Shown: piece by piece, positions 60,892-64,000 of the stretch
Layout of the letters: each line of letters starts with the position of its first letter
Numbering within the stretch: position 1 is the first letter of the stretch
DNA from: Isurus oxyrinchus
Lineage: Eukaryota
Assembly (NCBI GenBank): GCA_026770705.1
Contig: JANJGN010000071.1
Span: 248,001 to 312,000 of the forward strand
Length of the DNA stretch: 64,000 bases
Direction: 5' to 3'
Notes under the pieces: generated by a model
Told to the model about the DNA's origin: nothing
Database searches by the model: none
Seen by the model: the letters and a program-made list of their open reading frames with translations, nothing else
Program-made: the position numbers and the translations under genes

Positions 60892-61179
60892 ATAAACCCA
60901 CGATATTCCCTGCTGAAATTATTGCAGGAAAGCGTGTGGATGTAAGCTGCACCTTCAACACAACGTGCAATGGAACAGCAGCACCTGTCTTAACCTGGGA
61001 CACTCCCACTGACGTACCTGGATCAGTCTCAAACACTGTAACTCAGCATGGTGTCACTCTGACCTATACTTCTGTTCTGACCCTGATCCCATCACTCAAA
61101 CACCACGGACACACTCTCAGCTGCAGAGTGAGATATCCAACTGTTTCATCGGAGCGGACCCTCGTACTAACTGTGCAAG
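60892..61179 (+). CDS. C2 domain-2 exon, unit E (uses the internal cacag acceptor)
   Basis: 288 nt, phase 1-1, open frame, CAAG|gtaagt; native polypyrimidine tract replaced. Confidence 0.8.
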
Positions 61180-61502
61180 GTAAGTACATACACCTTTCAT
61201 TCTGCATCAGCACTCCCTCAGCGCTGACCCTCTGACAGTGCAGCCCGTTCTCAGTGTCCACATTCTCATGCCTCTCAAAGTGCTTCACAGTCGATAGAAG
61301 TTAACTGATCTTTATTTGATTGTTGCTGAATGAAGAGACAAGCTGTCTAAACTTTACATCTCACACACATTATTTTCCATGGCAACACCTCCTCCAATCA
61401 GAGACCACTTGCTGATTAACCAGCACTCTCTTCCCTTTAAATATAAATTGTTGTTCACTCTCTGTTGGTAAACATGCGATCTGTCTTGTTGAGTCCTGCC
61501 CT

Positions 61503-61654
61503 GATATCTGAATATCACAATGAACAGAACAAGTTCCAACAATGAGCTGTGGTTGGTGATTCCTCACGTTACATCCAGGGACACTGGAGACTATCAGTGT
61601 GCTCAGAGAATGAACATGGAGCAGTGGAGGGGTTCATAACCATCACTGTGGAAC
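61503..61654 (+). pseudogene. Broken domain-3 exon, unit E (acceptor and 5' half replaced; 1-nt deletion)
   Basis: MNRTSSNNELWLVIPHVTSRDTGDYQC then tgtgctcagag versus tgtgtggcagag in unit B; upstream intron homology stops at ~61318. Confidence 0.85.
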
Positions 61655-62061
61655 GTTAGTTAAGGCAAACTTCAACATCTCTCTCAGATTGAAACACTAC
61701 AAAAACACACATAAATACCCAGCCTTAAATAGACACCTGCAGACAAACAATCCCACATCTATGAGCACACACAAAGACACACTCACAAACAAACACACTA
61801 GCACATACTCCCCTGTGGATTACCTGACCTCCCTCAGTGCTGCACCGGAGAGTTGACCTGGATTCTGGGATTTGTGTTCCCTTTCATATTTATGGAAGAA
61901 TATGGAAATTGCAAAGTCTATTACAGACACTCAGATGCACAGAGATACTCACAGATACTCTCTGCCTCTCCAACTCTCTATCCTACTTTAAGAACCTTCC
62001 TGAAATCTAACACAGGCATCAGATGAAATTTTGTGCAATTTGTACAATGTTCTTTAGACAG

Positions 62062-62541
62062 CACAGCACTCCCTCAGTTCAAACCCTCCAACAGCGCAGC
62101 ACTCCCTCAGATCAGACCCTCCGACAGTGCAGCACTTCCTCAGTTCAAACCCTCCGACAGTGCAGCTCTCCCTCAGTTCATACCCTCCGACAGTGCAGCA
62201 CTCCCTCAGTTCAAACCCTCCGACAGTGCAGCACTCCCTCAGTTCAGAGCCTCCGAAAGTGCAGCATTCCCTCAGTTCAGACCCTCTGACAGTGCAACAC
62301 TCCCTCAGCTCAGACCCTCCGACAGTGCCGCACTACCTCAGCTCAGACCCTCCGACAGTGCAGCACTCCCTCAGTTCAGACCCTCCGACAGTGCAGCACT
62401 CCCTCAGCTCAGACCCTCCGACAGTGCAGCACTCCCTCAGCTCAGACCCTCCGACAGTGCAGCACTCCCTCAGTTCAGACCCTCCGACAGTGCAGCACTC
62501 CCTCAGTACTGAACCTCCGACAGTGCCGCACTACCTCAGTT
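62062..62541 (-). repeat. 33-bp Deu-derived minisatellite variant (ttcaga/ctcaga in place of tactga)
   Basis: 11-aa periodicity SDSAALPQFRP. Confidence 0.88.
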
Positions 62542-64000
62542 CTTCTCTGCCGATGCTGCCAGACCTGCTGAGTTTTTCCAGGTATTTCTGTTTCTGTTTC
62601 TGTTTTGAATTTCCAGCATCTGCAGTTTTTTTGCTTTTAGTGCTGGGCAGTTCCTCAGCAAGGATTCAGGCCACAAAACATTGCGAGTGCTGTGGGTCTG
62701 CGCCACGATTTAGAGAGCTGTGCTTGGCACGCCTATTCTAGTCCCAGTCCAGTGTGGTGGGGAGAGCCTGGCAGTCCTGGGTTGGTCGTGCCCAGCATGG
62801 TTTGCAGGACGTGGTCAGTCCCTCACACACGTCGGTCCTGGGGGTGGGTGGCTTGATACTAGGCCGCAGGTGGCACAATCCCAGTCAGGGGAGGCATCTG
62901 CAGCCGGTCAATGGGGAGCAGGTAATATAGAGAGTAGGGGTGGGGCTGGGAATCGAGGGGGGCCGGTGGTCTCTGTAAGTCACAGTACAATGGGCCTCTA
63001 GTTGGAGAGAGGTCAGGTCTACATGGGGCATTGGGATGTCAACATCAGACAGTCTAGGGAGGAGGACTGGGATGTCAACCCCCAACACAATAAGATCAAG
63101 GATTAGAGAGGAAGGGAGGAGACTGATTGGAAGGAGGGGAATGTGCACATTATGCTCCTCCAGCACGATGGGAGGGACTGTGATGGTTACGGGGGTGGGG
63201 GGGGTGACGTGTGAGGGGATAGACGCTTACCTGGTGGTATTGCCTCAGCCCCACCCTTTTTCAAGCTGATCCAATGTCGCAGTTGAAGAATAAGCTACAA
63301 AACAAATTGGCAGGGGAGGTCTCCCAGGGCCTGTGGGAGACATCACCCACTGCATCTTCGGCCTGTTTGAAGGGGCACCCGAACAATTCCGGCTTTTCCA
63401 AATGATGAGGAAGACACAGCTGCACCCCGAGTCCCCTACTGGGGATCCAGAAGGTTGCAATAGCGCTGCGAGGGACTCATGGGCTCCACAGTGACTCCCT
63501 AATTAGCGACTGGAAGGTTTATGTTCATTTATCTTTATTATCCGTTCATATTGAGCAATGGAGCTCCTGATTTGTCACCTTCCTGTACCTCGTCCAATGC
63601 TTCTGTTATCAGGACTTCCACATCGATGTGAAAGAGCCATGATGATAGCAGACAGTCGCACAATGGGAATGGCACTAGGCCAGTGAAGCAGAGGCCCAGG
63701 TGAATGCTTTGAAGACACGGGTTCAAATCCCACCACGGCAGCTGGAGGAATTTCAATTCGATTAATCAATAAATTTAATTGATTGATACATTTTTTTCTT
63801 ATTCATTTCAGGGATGTTGGTGTCGCTGACTAGGCCAGTATTTGTTGCCCATCCCCATTTGCCTTTGAGAACATCTGGATATCTGAGTTAGGATCAGGAG
63901 TAGGTCACTCAGCCCCTCGAACCTGCTCCGCCATTCAGTAAGATCATGGCTGATCTGATTGTCACCTCAACCTCACATTCCTGCCTACCCCCAATGACCT

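Noticed and set aside
62640-63530. GC-richer segment with several short ORFs as a possible TM/tail for unit E
   Set aside because: No hydrophobic ag/gt-bounded exon or homology to either TM exon was found; probably decayed TE

Overview
Eukaryotic, repeat-rich vertebrate DNA with two assembly N-gaps. It is most likely from a shark or other cartilaginous fish (inferred from CR1/L2 fragments, a Deu-SINE-derived 33-bp minisatellite and shark-type LINE-tail repeats). The window lies inside a tandem cluster of Siglec-like immunoglobulin-superfamily receptor genes that the ORF track largely misses because the exons are short. I rebuilt the exons by hand from splice sites and phases. Five copies of one 5' module are present: a PU.1/ETS motif, a non-coding exon 1 and a 40-nt leader CDS (MIGKSYFLLSLLQ-type). 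Four copies are on the minus strand (units A-D) and one on the plus strand (unit E). There are six V-set exons with the Siglec cysteine pattern, three full C2 domain-2 exons, one intact and one broken domain-3 exon, and two different TM exons (one with Glu, one with Arg plus a short tail). There is also a tandemly triplicated two-exon cytoplasmic tail (YAN and TEYAQI motifs) and an orphan ITAM-like terminal exon. The main architectural observation is exon-cassette arrays inside single genes. Unit E has one leader followed by three intact V exons, one lacking the sialic-acid-binding Arg. Unit B has one TM exon followed by three intact tails, the middle one a crossover chimaera. Several units are pseudogenised, consistent with birth-and-death evolution of a paired inhibitory/activating receptor family. 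Expression, orthology and novelty cannot be established from sequence alone.
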